Position numbers and translations under genes: made by a program. 64,000 bases of DNA from Scenedesmus sp. PABB004 (taxonomy: Eukaryota): positions 1 through 64,000 of the forward strand of contig JABVCE010000045.1 of the NCBI GenBank assembly GCA_014905635.1. Direction: 5' to 3'. Numbering within the stretch: the stretch's first letter is position 1; every line of letters starts with the position of its first letter. Shown here in pieces: positions 48,001 to 59,622 of the stretch. The notes beneath the pieces are model-generated. The model worked only from the letters and a program-made list of their open reading frames with translations, did not search any database and was not told the origin of the DNA.

Positions 48001-48385
48001 GCTGGTGCTGCTGCTGCAGTGCATGCTGGAAGCCCGGCGGCGGGCTGGGCTGGAAGCCCGGCGGCGGGCCCACGCCGCCGGCGCGCTCGCCGCCGTCAAA
48101 GCCGGGCGGCGGGCGCGGCGGCGGCTGCCGCTGCTGCTCCGCCGCGGCCGCAAAGAGGCGCTGCAGGTGGCTCCCGGGCTCCTGATGCTGCGCCTGCTGC
48201 GCCTGCTGCGCCTGCTGCTGCTGGAGCTGCGGCGCGCCCCAGGGCGGCTGCTGCGGCCCCGGGCCGCCGCCGCCCGGCGGCGGGAAGCCTGGCGGCGGCC
48301 CCCGCGCCGCGGCGTCGGAGCCGCTGGACCCCTTGCGCAGCAGGCTGAGCAGCGCGTGCGCCTGGACGTCCGGGGGCGGCTGCAT
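45082..48385 (-). CDS. URT1: Cid1/TUT4-7-family terminal uridylyltransferase, URT1-like; 6 exons; long polyQ disordered N-terminus
   Basis: [23 protein letters not shown] (GS + DxD); [75 protein letters not shown] (nucleotide-recognition motif with the UTP-selecting His). Confidence 0.9.
47190..47650 (-). repeat. Coding polyQ region including a run of 15-bp (QQQQA) units in URT1 exon 1
   Basis: Tandem CTGCTGCTGCTGCGC units on the + strand. Confidence 0.9.
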
Positions 48386-48910
48386 GGGCGCTGCTGGCCC
48401 GCTGGGGGCCCTTGAAGTACTGCTGCTGATGCCCGCCTCCCCCGGCGCGCTACAACTGCTGCGGCCGCGCGCGGGACGCCTGATCGTGACCCTCAGTCTA
48501 TCTGGCCGCTGCCATCTTGCGTGCGGGCCTGGACGGCCCGGCCTGTTAGCGCGGGAGGCGCAGCGGCAGTCGAACACAGCGGCGGGCTCGGGAACCCCAC
48601 GGCGTTGTCATTCATCGCCACCGCCCTCGTCGCTCGCGACGCAGTCGCGCCCCCCGCCAACGCCGCCGCTGCTCCGCCGCGCCGCGCGCTCAGCCGCAAC
48701 CGACCGCGCCGCGCCACGCCGCGCACCGGCCCTCCACCGCCCCGTCCTCTCGGGGCCGAGGCCGCGCCAGGGGGCAGTGCCGCGCCCGGCCCACGCGCTG
48801 CAGCGAGCGCCGGCGAGCGCGCCCGTGCCGGCGTCCGCAGCGGCGGCGGCAGCGGCGGCGGCGAGCGCAGCGAGCGCAGCATGCCCTAGCGCCGCCACCG
48901 CCGCCGCCGC

Positions 48911-50667
48911 ATGACGGCGGCGCCGGGGCCGCCGCCGCCGCGCCGGCCGCGCGGCGGGGGCGCGGCGCGGGCGCTGGCAGCGCTGGCGCGCGCGGTCCCG
49001 CCGGTGCTGCGGGCCGCGGCCGCGCGGCTCACCGCCACAGCGGCGGCCGTGCTCGCTGTCTTCGTCCTGCTGTACTACGTCGCCGTCGCGTGCGTGGTGA
49101 GCTAGCCAGCAGCGCCGTGCGCGGGGCGCGCCGCGCGCCGCGCGCCTCGGCGTGCCGCCGCCCGACAACGCGCCGACCTTTTCCGCTCCCAGATTGCGCC
49201 CTGGCTGAGCTTCACCGTGCCGGGCGTGCTGCACGGCGCGCTGCTCACCGCCACGACGAGCGCGGGCCTGGCGTGCTACGTGATTTGCATGGGCACAGGT
49301 GGGGCGGTCGGGCCCGGCGGGCGGGCCGCACGAGCGAGCCTCGGCTCGCGGGGCGGGTCCCGACGGCGCGCGCCCCGCCCCGCGGCGCAGACCCCGGCAC
49401 GGTGCCGCCCGGCTGGGCGCCGGACAGCGAGGCGAGCGCCGCGGTGCAGGAGGTCAAGAAGAGTGTGCGTGCGCGGCGGGCGGCGCGCGGCGGAGGGGCC
49501 GGCCCGCGGGCGGGGGCCTTGACGAGCGCGGGCCCGGCGACCGCCCGGCACCGGCCCCGCAGGACGGCGCGCCGCGATTCTGCAAGAAGTGCCAGCGCTA
49601 CAAGCCACCACGCGCGCACCACTGCCGCGTGTGCGAGCGCTGCGTGCTGCGCATGGTGCGCGGCGGCGACCGCGCGGCGGCGGCGCGCCCCGGGCTTGGG
49701 CTTGCGGCGGTGCGCCGCGCTCAGCGCCGGCGTGGCCGCGCAGGACCATCACTGCCCCTGGGTCGCCAACTGCATCGGCCACGCCAACTATCGAGCCTTC
49801 TTCCTTCTCCTCGTGTGTGAGTGCGGCGCGCGGGGGCTGGGGAGATGGGGCACCGCCTGGCCGCGCCCCACAGGCCGCAGCGGCCGCGCACGCGCCCCCG
49901 CGCCAGACGCCGCACGGCGCGCGCCGCCCGCGCGCCGTGCGCAGACTGCAGCGCCGCGCTGCTGCACACCACGGGGCTGCTGGCGGCGCACGCCCTCCAC
50001 ATCATGCGCTCAAACGCTGAGGACCGCGTGGTCAGGTGCGCGCGGTCTCGCACACGCGCCGCCGGCGGCCGCGCCGCGCCGCGCACGCCAGCCGTGCCCA
50101 CCGCGCCGCCGGGCGGCGCCCGAGCCGCCCGGCAGGGTCGGCCCGCAGGCCACGCCGCACGAGCTCGCGGGCGGGGACGCGAGCGGGCACGTGCTGCTGC
50201 ACACAGGCCTGGAGGTGCTCGCTGCGCTCCTCGCCCTCCCCACGACCATCGCCGTCGTGTCGCTGCTCGCCTGGCACGTGCGCATGGTCGCTGCGAACAA
50301 GACCACAATCGAGCACGCCGAGGTGAGGGCCACAACCCCGCGGCGCGCGCGCAGCACGCTCAGCCGCGGCGGCCGCGGCGCGCGCGGGCGGAGGGTTCGG
50401 CGTGCCCCGCCACCAACCCTCCGCCGGCCGACCCGGCGCTCCTGTGCGCGCCACCAGGGCGTGACCGCGCAGATCAAGGCGGGCGGCCTCGCCGCCGACC
50501 GGCTGCGCCATCCGTACGACCTGCGGCCCCAGCTGGGGCCGTGCGCCAACGCGGCCGACGTGTTCGGCCCCGACCCGCTGGCCTGGCTGCTGCCGTCCTG
50601 CGCGCCCACGCCCGGCGGGCTGGCCTACCGCACCGCGTTCGACGGCGACGGCGGCCTGGGCTTCTAG
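48911..50667 (+). CDS. DHHC-type protein S-acyltransferase (palmitoyltransferase), about 8 exons
   Basis: [69 protein letters not shown]. Confidence 0.95.
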
Positions 50668-51104
50668 CGAGAGGCGCCCGAGCGGCAGAGCGGAGCGGCC
50701 GTGCGTCGGCAGCGGCACCGACCCCGTTGCCCGCCGCCGGCGGCGCGCACAGCTCTGCAGCCGCCGAGCAGGCTGCCACCAGCTTTCGGCGTCTCCACAC
50801 AGCCTGGCCGACTGGCCTTCACCCGGCCAGCAGTTGCACTTGCGCGGAGCTCGCGGTGGCAGCTGCGCGCAGGCGTCACTTTTACAGCGACTGCCGTCTC
50901 CGTTCTCTGCCATTCTCTGCGGCCGCGCGTGCCTCAACAGCCACCTGCGCCGCGTGGCGTGGCCAGGGCCGCCACCGCGCACCACATCCAGCGCGCGCGC
51001 CCACCGCGACCGACGCGCATGCTCTGCGCGGCGCCCCCATGCTCCACTGCATGCCCCAGCCGGCGCACAGAGCACCATGGATAGCTGATCGTCTCTCCGT
51101 GCCA

Positions 51105-53675
51105 ATGAACGAGGCTCCCGGCCTCGAGACGGAGAGCTCCGCGGACTCCTTCAAGGACCTCATCGCGTCCGCCTTCTGCGGCCTCGCTGACGCCCCGCCC
51201 GACGGCGCGGGTGGTGCAGATGGCGCGCCGGAGCCCCTGGAGCTCAAGGCCGATCGCGGCGAGCCGGCAGCGGGCGACACGGCGGCGCGGCGCGACGTGG
51301 AGCGCTCCGGCAGTCAAACAACGCCGCCCGGGCACGCCAGCCACCCGAGCTCCGCTGGCGGCAGCGACCCGGCACTGACGGCGGCAGATGCGGCCGCCGC
51401 GAGCGGGCGGGGGCGCGGCCGCGGCCGCGCGCGCCGGCGCGGGCCGGGGCAGCAGGAGACCGCGCAGCAGCGCGCGCACCGGCGCTTCTACGAGCGCAAG
51501 AAGGCCAAGGTGCGGCGGTCCCGCGCATCGCCCAGCGCAACGCGCCCCCGCCCGGCGCCCCGCGGGGCGCGGGGGCGCCGCTGGGGCCGGCGGCAGCTGC
51601 GCAGGACATGCACCTTCCCGCGCCGCCGCCCCCGCCGGCGCGCCCCGGCGGCCCCGCGGCGCCGCGCCCGGGCCTGGATCGGCGGGCCCTGACCTCCCGT
51701 CGCCGCGCCGCGCGACCGCAGATGGCGGCGCTGGAGCAGGAGGCCGCCGACAAGCTGGCGCAGTACCAGGCGCTCGCGCGGGAGAACGCGGAGCTCCGCC
51801 GCCGCTACGACGCGCTGACCTGCACCATCGCCGGCAGCGACGAGCAGATGACGCTGCTGCAGGCCATGGGCTCGCTCGCGCTGGGCGAGCCCGGCGGCGC
51901 GCCGCGCGGCCGCGCCGGCTCATCGGCGCCGGCGGCGGGCGGCGCCGCCGAGCCGTCGCCGCCGCACGCGGAGGAGCCGCTGGGCGACATGATGGCGCTG
52001 CTGCTGGGCGACGGCGGCAGGCAGCCGGGCGCCCCGCACCCGCAGCCGGCGGCGCGGGGCCTGCACCGCTCGGCGTCGCTGCCCGTGCGCGCCTCTGCGC
52101 CCGGCAGCGGCAGCCCACCCCTGCCCGGCGGCGCGCTCGCGGCCGCCGCCGCCGCGGCGCGCGCGCACAGCAGCAGCCCCAACGCCTGGCAGGGCGGCGT
52201 GGCCGCGGCGTTTGGCCAGCCGGGCGCGCTGGCGGCGCAGCGGCCGTACGCCAGCGACGCCGGCGGGCCGCCCGCCTGGCGCGCGGCGCCCAGCCGGCTG
52301 CAGCAGGCCGCCGCCGCGGCCCCGGCCGCGCTGGACGCGCCGCACGGGCACGTGGCGCGGCCGCACAGCTGGTCGGGGCCGGAGCACGGCCCCGAGGGCG
52401 GTGTGGCGGCGCCGGGGCTGCACCGCGCGAGCGCGAGCTTCCCCTCGGCGACCTCGCCCAGCGGCCAGCTGCAGCTTCCGGAGCTGACGCCGCAGCCGCC
52501 GTACCAGCAGGCGCCGGCGGCGCACGAGGCGGGCGCGCCCGCCCCCGGCGCCGTGGCGGGCTGGCAGCCGCAGCAGCTGGGCGCCGCGGGCCCGCAGCCT
52601 GCCGGGCGCCCGGGCCAGACCGTGACGACCGGCGGCCCCACGCCCGCGCAGCTGCTGCTGCAGCAGCAGCGCCGCTTCCAGCGCTCCGACTCGGACCCGA
52701 CGGCCAGGTTCAGCGGCGGCCAGGCCGCGGCCAGGCTGCTGCAGCAGCAGCAGCAGGAGCGCCAGCGCTCGCTGCCGTGCCCCACCGGCGGCGCGTTTGC
52801 AGGCCCGCCGCCTGCGCAGCTGCTGGCGCTGCGGCCGCTCGAGGGGGCGCCGCCGGCGCTCGCGCCGCCGGCGCAGCTGCTTCCGGTAAAGCCGGAGCTG
52901 GAGCTGGACCTGGGCGGGCTGCCGCCTGAGCTGGCGATGCTTGACGACGAGCTCATGCTGCTGCTGGACCGCACCCTTGACGCGACGACGCCGCGGGAGC
53001 TGCCGCTGCTCTCGCCGGGGCTGCCCGACGAGGCCGGCAGCGGCGGCCTGCTGTCGCCGCTGCCGAGCTTCCCGTCGGCGGGCGCCGACCTCGCCGCCGT
53101 GGGGGGCCTGCCGCCGCCAGCGCAGCCCGCCGGCGCCGCGCCGGCCGGCCCCGCCAACCTGCTGGAGGCGAGCCGCGCGCTGCAGGCGCGGCACGAGGCC
53201 GCCGGCTTCAGGCCGCCCGCGGGCCCCGCAGACTTTTCCTACCTGCATGACATGGTCGCCTGGTACAGGTGCGGGCCGCGGCAGGGCGCGGCGCAGCGCA
53301 GGCGCAGCTCGAGCGCGGCGCGGCGAGCGCCGGCCGCGGCGGCAACCCCCGACGCGCGCCGCCCTGGCCGCCCTGACCCGCCTCGCTCCGCCCTGGCGCG
53401 TGCCGGCCGCCGCCGCAGGTCGCGCATCGCCGCGCTCGCGGAGCTGCTGCCGGCGGTGGACCGCGCGCTGCCGGACGTCGGCGCGGGCGTGGCGCTGGTG
53501 CAGGTGGTCGAAGAGCTGGTCATGGGCCTGCGCAAGTTTGGCACGCGCAACCGGTGAGAGCGGGGCGAGAGGGAGAGGGAGGGACCGCGCGCCCGCCCGC
53601 GGCTGCCCGCCCGCGCCGCCGCGCCGCGCCCGCCGCGGGGCGCGCGCCCGCGCCCGCGCCGCGCGCCCCTGACCC

Positions 53676-53714
<39 letters not shown>

Positions 53715-54311
53715 GCGTTGCCGCCGCGTCGCAGGGTGGGCATCTGGGAGGCGCAGCTGATCAACCTGGAGACCGGCGCGTTTGACGAGGCCCCGCCCTC
53801 GCACTGGCGCGCCGTGTTTGCCAGCATCGGCTTCACCCCGCCCGTACGCGAGCAGCTCGCCGGGTGCTACGCGCTCTACCGCACCCACGTTGCGCGCGTA
53901 GCGGACGAGCGCGCCGCGCTGCTCGCCGAGCTCGCCGGCCTGCAGGCCCGCCTCGACGGCGGCGGCGGCGCGGCGCGCGGCGCGCGGCGCTGCCCCGCCA
54001 CGCTGCAGTTCCGCGACGACGGCGCCGAGGACTACGCCGCGCTGCTGGACCGCCTCGGCGCGAGCGTGGCGGCGGAGCACGCGGTGGCCAACATGCTCAT
54101 GTATTCGTGCGCCCAGGTCGCGAGCCACACTCAGATGGCCAAGGCCATGCTGCACAGCTGGCCTTACATGCCAAACGGCACCGCGATGCTGGGCCTGATG
54201 TACGCCGACGACGCGGCGGCCGCGGCGGCCGCCGAGGCGGCGCGCCGTGGCGGCGCGCCGGGCGCGTGGGGCGGCGCGGCCGAGGCGCTCGGCCGCATGC
54301 GCAGCGCGTGA
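51105..54311 (+). CDS. bZIP-like transcription factor with a C-terminal helical domain of the kind seen in chlorophyte bZIPs; 4 exons
   Basis: ETAQQRAHRRFYERKKAK|MAALEQE...LARENAELRRRYDAL basic region plus zipper. C-terminal HWRAVFASIGFT...ERAALLAEL...QMAKAMLHSWPYMP. Confidence 0.75.
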
Positions 54312-55809
54312 CGCGCGTGGCGCGCGCCGCGCACACATTTTTTGCTTGGGCCGCCAGGACGGGCTTTCGGGGGGGGAGGGGCGGGGGCGACGTGAGGTGG
54401 GGGCAAGCCGTGGGGGCCGGGCTGCGAGCCTTGGCCCCCCAATAAGACATTTTGTTTTCCGCGGGGGGCCTCCTCTGAGCTCCGCCAAGCCTGCCTGCTC
54501 TGCTCGCCGGACGCCCGCAACGGGGCGCGCCAGGCCGCCGGCAGCACGCCGCGGCTCGGGCCTGCGCTCATTCTGTCAGAGTTTAGGCTGTGTCTCCCTC
54601 CCCCTGGGGCGCCGCGCGCCCCGCCGACTCTGCTACTCGCGTGCTGGCACACGCACGCGAGTAGAATTCACCCTGACGCACACCTGTTTGCCTGTGACCC
54701 CCCGCCCGCGGCGCGCCGCCGGGCGCGCGCCGCGTGCGCCGCGCGCGTGCGCGGCGGCGGCGCTGCCGCGGCGGGTGCTGCCAGCTTGAGCATTCTCATG
54801 GCGCACCTGCCTGTGTTGACACGCAGTCGAGCTAGAGAGAGACGGACAACCAAAAAACCCACTCTGCTGCTGGGCGGCACCGCCGGCAGCTCGTGTGCGC
54901 GCGCGCCCAGCCCTGAGCAAGGGCTGGCGCGCCCGCGGTCGAGCGGCGCACACGCGCCCCCCTCCCCTGCCGCCCCGGCGCGGCCGCAGCTGGCCACGCG
55001 GGGGCGTTGTCGCGGCGGGCCGCCCTGCACGCCCACGCGCGCGAGGGCCGCTCCCCCATGGTTGCTGCCTTGGGCCTGCTTTCGCAGGATGCGGCTGCGC
55101 CGGAGCCTCTCCGTAGGAGACTGACATTGACTGACTGATCGCCAAGCCAATGCATGCGAACTTGTGCACATGCGCCGGCCGCGCGGCGGCGCGCGAGCGC
55201 GTGCCTGGCTGGCTCAGGCGGCCAGGCCGGCGACGGCCAGGCAGAAGGCAGAAGAACCCATCTAGCTTTGTTCCTGACTTGCGGGCGCGCCGGAACGCGG
55301 GTGGTGGCGCGCGAACGGATGGGCGCCGCCGCATGGCAACCCAACTGCCGCGGCCTCGGTCGGCTCTGTCTGTCACAAACGCGGGCGCCGCCGCCACCAC
55401 GCCCCGCGCGCGCGCCTCCTCCGTCTCGCTCGCCGCTCCACCAAACCCGAGCTCCTACGCAACACGACGGCACAAAACAAGCAACGCACGCAGCCCCCGC
55501 GCCGCCCCCGCGTGCGATGCATGGCGCATGAAAGTCCTGCCGGGGGTGTGCGTTGCAGCGCCGCGCCGCGCCGCGCCGTGCCCCCCTCCCCCGTCACGCC
55601 CCACCGCGCGACGCGGCACTCGTGTTGTTGTTGTACAGCCAAGCTCACGGATGGGCCTGCACCGGCAGTCAATCGTCAGTGTGCGCACGCGCGTGCGCGC
55701 GCTGCTCTGCAGTACTCGCCCGCACGGCCGGCCCCACAACCCCGCACGCCGCCGCGCCGCCGCCCCTCCCCGCGCGCCGCCGCCCCCGCCGCCGCCCGCG
55801 CGGGGCGCG

Positions 55810-56463
55810 TCAGCCGCCCTCGGGCTTGACCGCCGTCGCGGCGGCGGAGCCGGACGCCGCGCCGGCGCCGCCCGCCGGCGGCGCGCCGGCCTTGGCGGGG
55901 TTGTGCTGCAGCAGGTAGGTCGCCAAATACTCCACCGGGTCGTCCGGCCGCTCCTTGCACAGCGACTGCAGCCCCGCCATCAGCAGCGGCACGACGGTCG
56001 ACTCCTGCGCGGCCGGGGCGCGCACGCGCGCGCTCGAGCGGCGGCGCCGGCGCCGCTGCCGGCGCGGCGCCGCCGCCAGCTGCTGCGGGCGGGCTGCGGC
56101 GCTGCGAGCGCACCAGGTACTGCCGGATCGGCGCGGCGTGTGAGCCTGGCGCCTTCTTGGCCGCCGCGGCCGCCGTGGTGACCGCTGCCTTCTCCGCCGC
56201 GGCCACCTGCGGCGCGGCGTGGGCGCAGCCGGCAGCGTGAGGCACCTGGGCGCCGGGGCCGGGGCGCTGTGCACGCGCGCCGAGCCGCCAACAGCGGCGC
56301 GCGCGCTGCTGCGCGGCCCGCCGCCCGCCGCCGCCGCCGCCACGCCCGCTGGCGGCGGCACGCAGAAGCCGGCCAGGGGGGCCCCTGCCCCAGCCCGCTG
56401 GCCGCAGGCTGCGGCGCAGGCCCGCACCGAATCCTGCGCCTCTGCTGATGGTGGCGCCTCCAT
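55810..56463 (-). CDS. DPY30: DPY-30/SDC1 subunit of the COMPASS H3K4 methyltransferase complex; 3 exons
   Basis: APIRQYL|ESTVVPLLMAGLQSLCKERPDDPVEYLATYLLQHN is the Dpy-30 motif. Confidence 0.93.
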   Translation of the reverse strand: MEAPPSAEAQDSVRACAAACGQRAGAGAPLAGFCVPPPAGVAAAAAGGGPRSSARAAVGGSARVHSAPAPAPRCLTLPAAPTPRRRWPRRRRQRSPRRPRRPRRRQAHTPRRSGSTWCARSAAARPQQLAAAPRRQRRRRRRSSARVRAPAAQESTVVPLLMAGLQSLCKERPDDPVEYLATYLLQHNPAKAGAPPAGGAGAASGSAAATAVKPEGG

Positions 56464-57104
56464 GGCGCGCGGCTGCAGTCGACGGCCGGCCGCTCGGGGA
56501 GCTGCTGAGGCCGGGCGTGCGGGCGTGCGGGCTGGAGGGCGGGGGCGCGGGGTCAGACGCGATGTTGCGTGCGCGCCTGCTTGCGAGCGGAGCGGTTGGG
56601 AGCTGTGCGAGCCACGACGTGTGTGAGCGGCACGGGAGGAGAGCGAGGAGGAGAGCGAGCGGCGCGGCACCGCAGCGGCGCCGGCGGCGCAGGGCGCAGC
56701 GCCGAACCCCGCCTCGCGGCCCGAGCAAAACAGACCGGTTGCCCTGCCGCCGCCGCCCGTGCCCGACCCCCCCTCTCTTCCCCAAGCAAGCCTGCGCGCG
56801 AGTCGATGGACCGCGGCCCGGATGAATGCTCCGCACACACACGCACGCGCAAGGCGGCAGTGCAGCGCCAAGAGGGGCGGCCGGCGGTCTGGGGCCGGGG
56901 CGGTCTTGCAGCCCCGCCGGCGACGAGGGAGGGCGGGGCCCCGCCCGCCCGCGTCGCCGCCGTCGTCGTTGTCCACCGCCGCCGTTCGTTGTTGGCGCGG
57001 CCGCGCGCGCCGGCTCCAAGCCGGCAGCAGCGCCAGCGCTGCGCACCCCGCCCCCCAAAAGCCCCCCCCCCACGCCCGGCCTGACTCTTCTTCGTTGGGT
57101 GTGC

Positions 57105-57166
57105 GCGCCACGCCGCGCGCCACGCCGCGCGCCACGCCGCGCGCCACGCCGCGCGCCACGCCGCGC
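57105..57166. repeat. 12-bp minisatellite (GCGCCACGCCGC) x5
   Basis: Directly visible tandem repeat between DPY30 and the Mpv17 gene. Confidence 0.9.
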
Positions 57167-57359
57167 GGCAGCAGCAGCGGCACCAGCGCACCACCGGCGC
57201 CCGTGTGAGGTGATGTACAGGCGGCGGCCGCGGGCACAGGGGCGCGCGCGCGCGCCCCTCGCCGCCGCAGCCGCGCTTATTGCGTGCGCATGCACAGCCG
57301 CGCCCTGCCTGCGGCGGGGCGGGCCCAAAACGTGCACGTCCACCCCTTCCCTCCCCCGT

Positions 57360-57613
57360 TCACTGCTGCAGCTGCTTCCGCGCCGCGCCGCCCCGCTGCC
57401 GCTGCTGCTCTCGCCGCGCCGCGCCCTGCTGCGCCTGCCCGGCGGCGCCGGCGCCGCTGGCCATATGGGACATGAACGCCGTCCACGCGATCTGCGGGCA
57501 CACGCACGTCCACGCACGCACAACGACGCGGCGGCGGCGGCGGTGCGTGTCGGCCGGCCGGCGCCGCGCATGCCCGCGCCCGCGCGCGGCGGCGCGCCGG
57601 AGCAGCTGCGCGC

Positions 57614-57702
<89 letters not shown>

Positions 57703-59622
57703 CCATCGCCCCCGCGCCCCTGCCGCTGCCCCGCGGCTGGCTGGCTCACGTTGACGACGTTGATGTAGAGGATGCGCTGCGCGGGCGGGATGAGCCCAAA
57801 GTTGACGACGTGCGCGAGCGGCCAGACCGCCCAGTTGGCGAGCAGCGTCGGCCGCAGCCGCCGCCCCACGCTCGCCGCCGCGTCGGCCGGCGCGGCGCCC
57901 TCGAGCAGCGCCATGGCCCCGAAGAACACGCTGCGCCGGCGGCGCGGCGGCGGTCGGCGCGGCGGCCCCGCGCCGCGCGCCCCCCGTGCCGCGCGCCCCG
58001 CCGCGCAGCAGCGCGCGCGCACGCAGCGCGCGCAGCACGCCGCGGCGGCGCCGGCCCCACCTGGTCATGAGCGGCGCCATGAGCACCTGGTCTGCCGCGA
58101 CCTTGGCCGCGACCGCGAGCGGGCTGGTCGGGTCGGCGGGCAGCACGTACTGCGGCGCGCGGGCGCGCGGCGGCGGGGTCGGCGCGCGTGCCCGCCCGCC
58201 AGCGCGCGCCGGCGCCCCGCCGGCCCCCCTCCGCGCTCCCCAGGTCCCCGCCGGCGCCCCCGCTGGCAGCGGGTGCTGCCCGCACCGTGTCGAGGACGCT
58301 GAACCAGACAAACGCGACGGGCGTGCCCACGAGCGCGCTAAACCCCACCAGGCGCGCGGTGCGGGACAGATCGAGCGAGAAGCCGCCGGCGCTGCCGCGG
58401 GCGCCGCGGCCGCCGCGCAGCGCGGCCTGGCTGGCCTGGGCGAGCAGGTCGCCCAGGAGCGTGCCGACGCAGCCGGTGGCGAGCTTGGTGGCCACGGGGC
58501 GCGAGGAGAGCACGTTGCAGTAGGCGTCCCACACGAGGCACCAGGGGCTGCTGGAAAGCCACATCGAGCTCAACGGCGCGCTGCGCCGCGGCGGCGGCGG
58601 CGGCGCGGCGGCGGCGCGGCGGGGGGCGTCTGAGGAGCGCGGCGCAGCGGCCGGCCGGCTGGCGGCCGCGCGGCGCGGCGGCGGGGGCACCCCGAGCCGT
58701 GCGGCCGCGCGGGCGTCCCGGGGCGTGCGCGCTCGCGCACCCGACCGCCGCAAAGTTGCTCTCGCTGAAGTTGGTGACCTCCAGGCCCTCCTCCACCACC
58801 CACTCCAGGCCGTTGACCAGCGCGTTGGCCTCCGCGCGCGGCGCCGCGAGCTCAAACGCCGCGTCCGTCACGAGCTCCGGCGCCGCGTCCACGGCGGCGC
58901 CGGCCAGCGGCGCGGGCGCCGCCGCGCGCGCTGGCGCGGGCGCGGGCGCCGCGGGCGCGGGCGCCGCCACCGCGGCCGCCGGCGCCGGCGCGAACGCCGC
59001 CGCGCTCGCGCCGGGCAGCAGCAGGCCCAGGCCCGCGGCGGCGGCCGCCAGCAGCGCCGGCGCGGCGCCGGCGCGGGGTTCCTGCGGGCGGGCGGGCGCG
59101 TGCGGTGAGGCCGGGGCCGCCGCGCGCCCCGGCTGCTGCCGAGAAGCGCCCAGTGCGCCGGCAGGGGGCGGCGCCGGCGGGAGCCCGCACCTCGCCCGCG
59201 GCGGCGGCCGCTGCGCAGCGGCGGCGCTCAGCCGCGGTCGGCCTGCGGCGTGGCGCGCGGCGGGGCGTGAGCCGTGGCGCGTGGGGCGCGCCGGCCGCCT
59301 GCGGCGCTGGGGCGCGCCCGGGGGCCTGCCGCGGGCTGCGCTGGGGCGGCTGAGCTGGTCGGAGCTGGCGCGTGCGCGGGCACGCCCTGCGGCGCGGCCA
59401 CGGCCCGACGCGCCTCCGGCGGCCGTGTATCGCGCGCCCCGGATGCAATGCTGCGCTCGGCACCGCGCCGCGCCGCTGCGCCGCACCTGGGCGCCGCGGG
59501 GCCCGCGCGCGAGCGATGCGGCGCGCTCGCGCGCGCCCTGCGCAGCAGCTGCATGGCGCTGGCCGGGTGCGGTCGGGGGTTGGCGCGGGCAGTCGACGGG
59601 CGGCGGCGCCGCGCTCGGCATG
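57360..59622 (-). CDS. Mpv17/PMP22 (PXMP2/SYM1) family membrane protein; start uncertain (ATG at 59554 or 59622)
   Basis: WDAYCNVLSSRPVATKLATGCVGTLLGDLLAQ; DLSRTARL; WFSVLD; AAKVAADQVLMAP; PTLLANWAVWPLAHVVNFGLIPPAQRILYINVVN|IAWTAFMS. Confidence 0.9.
57615..57701. repeat. Pure (CAG/CTG)29 microsatellite in the last intron of the Mpv17/PMP22 gene
   Basis: Uninterrupted AGC run lying between a donor near 57749 and an acceptor near 57493 on the minus strand. Confidence 0.95.

Noticed and set aside
54575..54590. CCTAAAC (minus strand) as a telomerase RNA template
   Set aside because: It is only one 7-nt permutation of the repeat with no realignment bases, and I see no USE/TATA promoter.
55528..55545. 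GAAAGTCC resembling CR-I of RNase P/MRP RNA
   Set aside because: No complementary CR-V segment able to form the P4 helix was found downstream.
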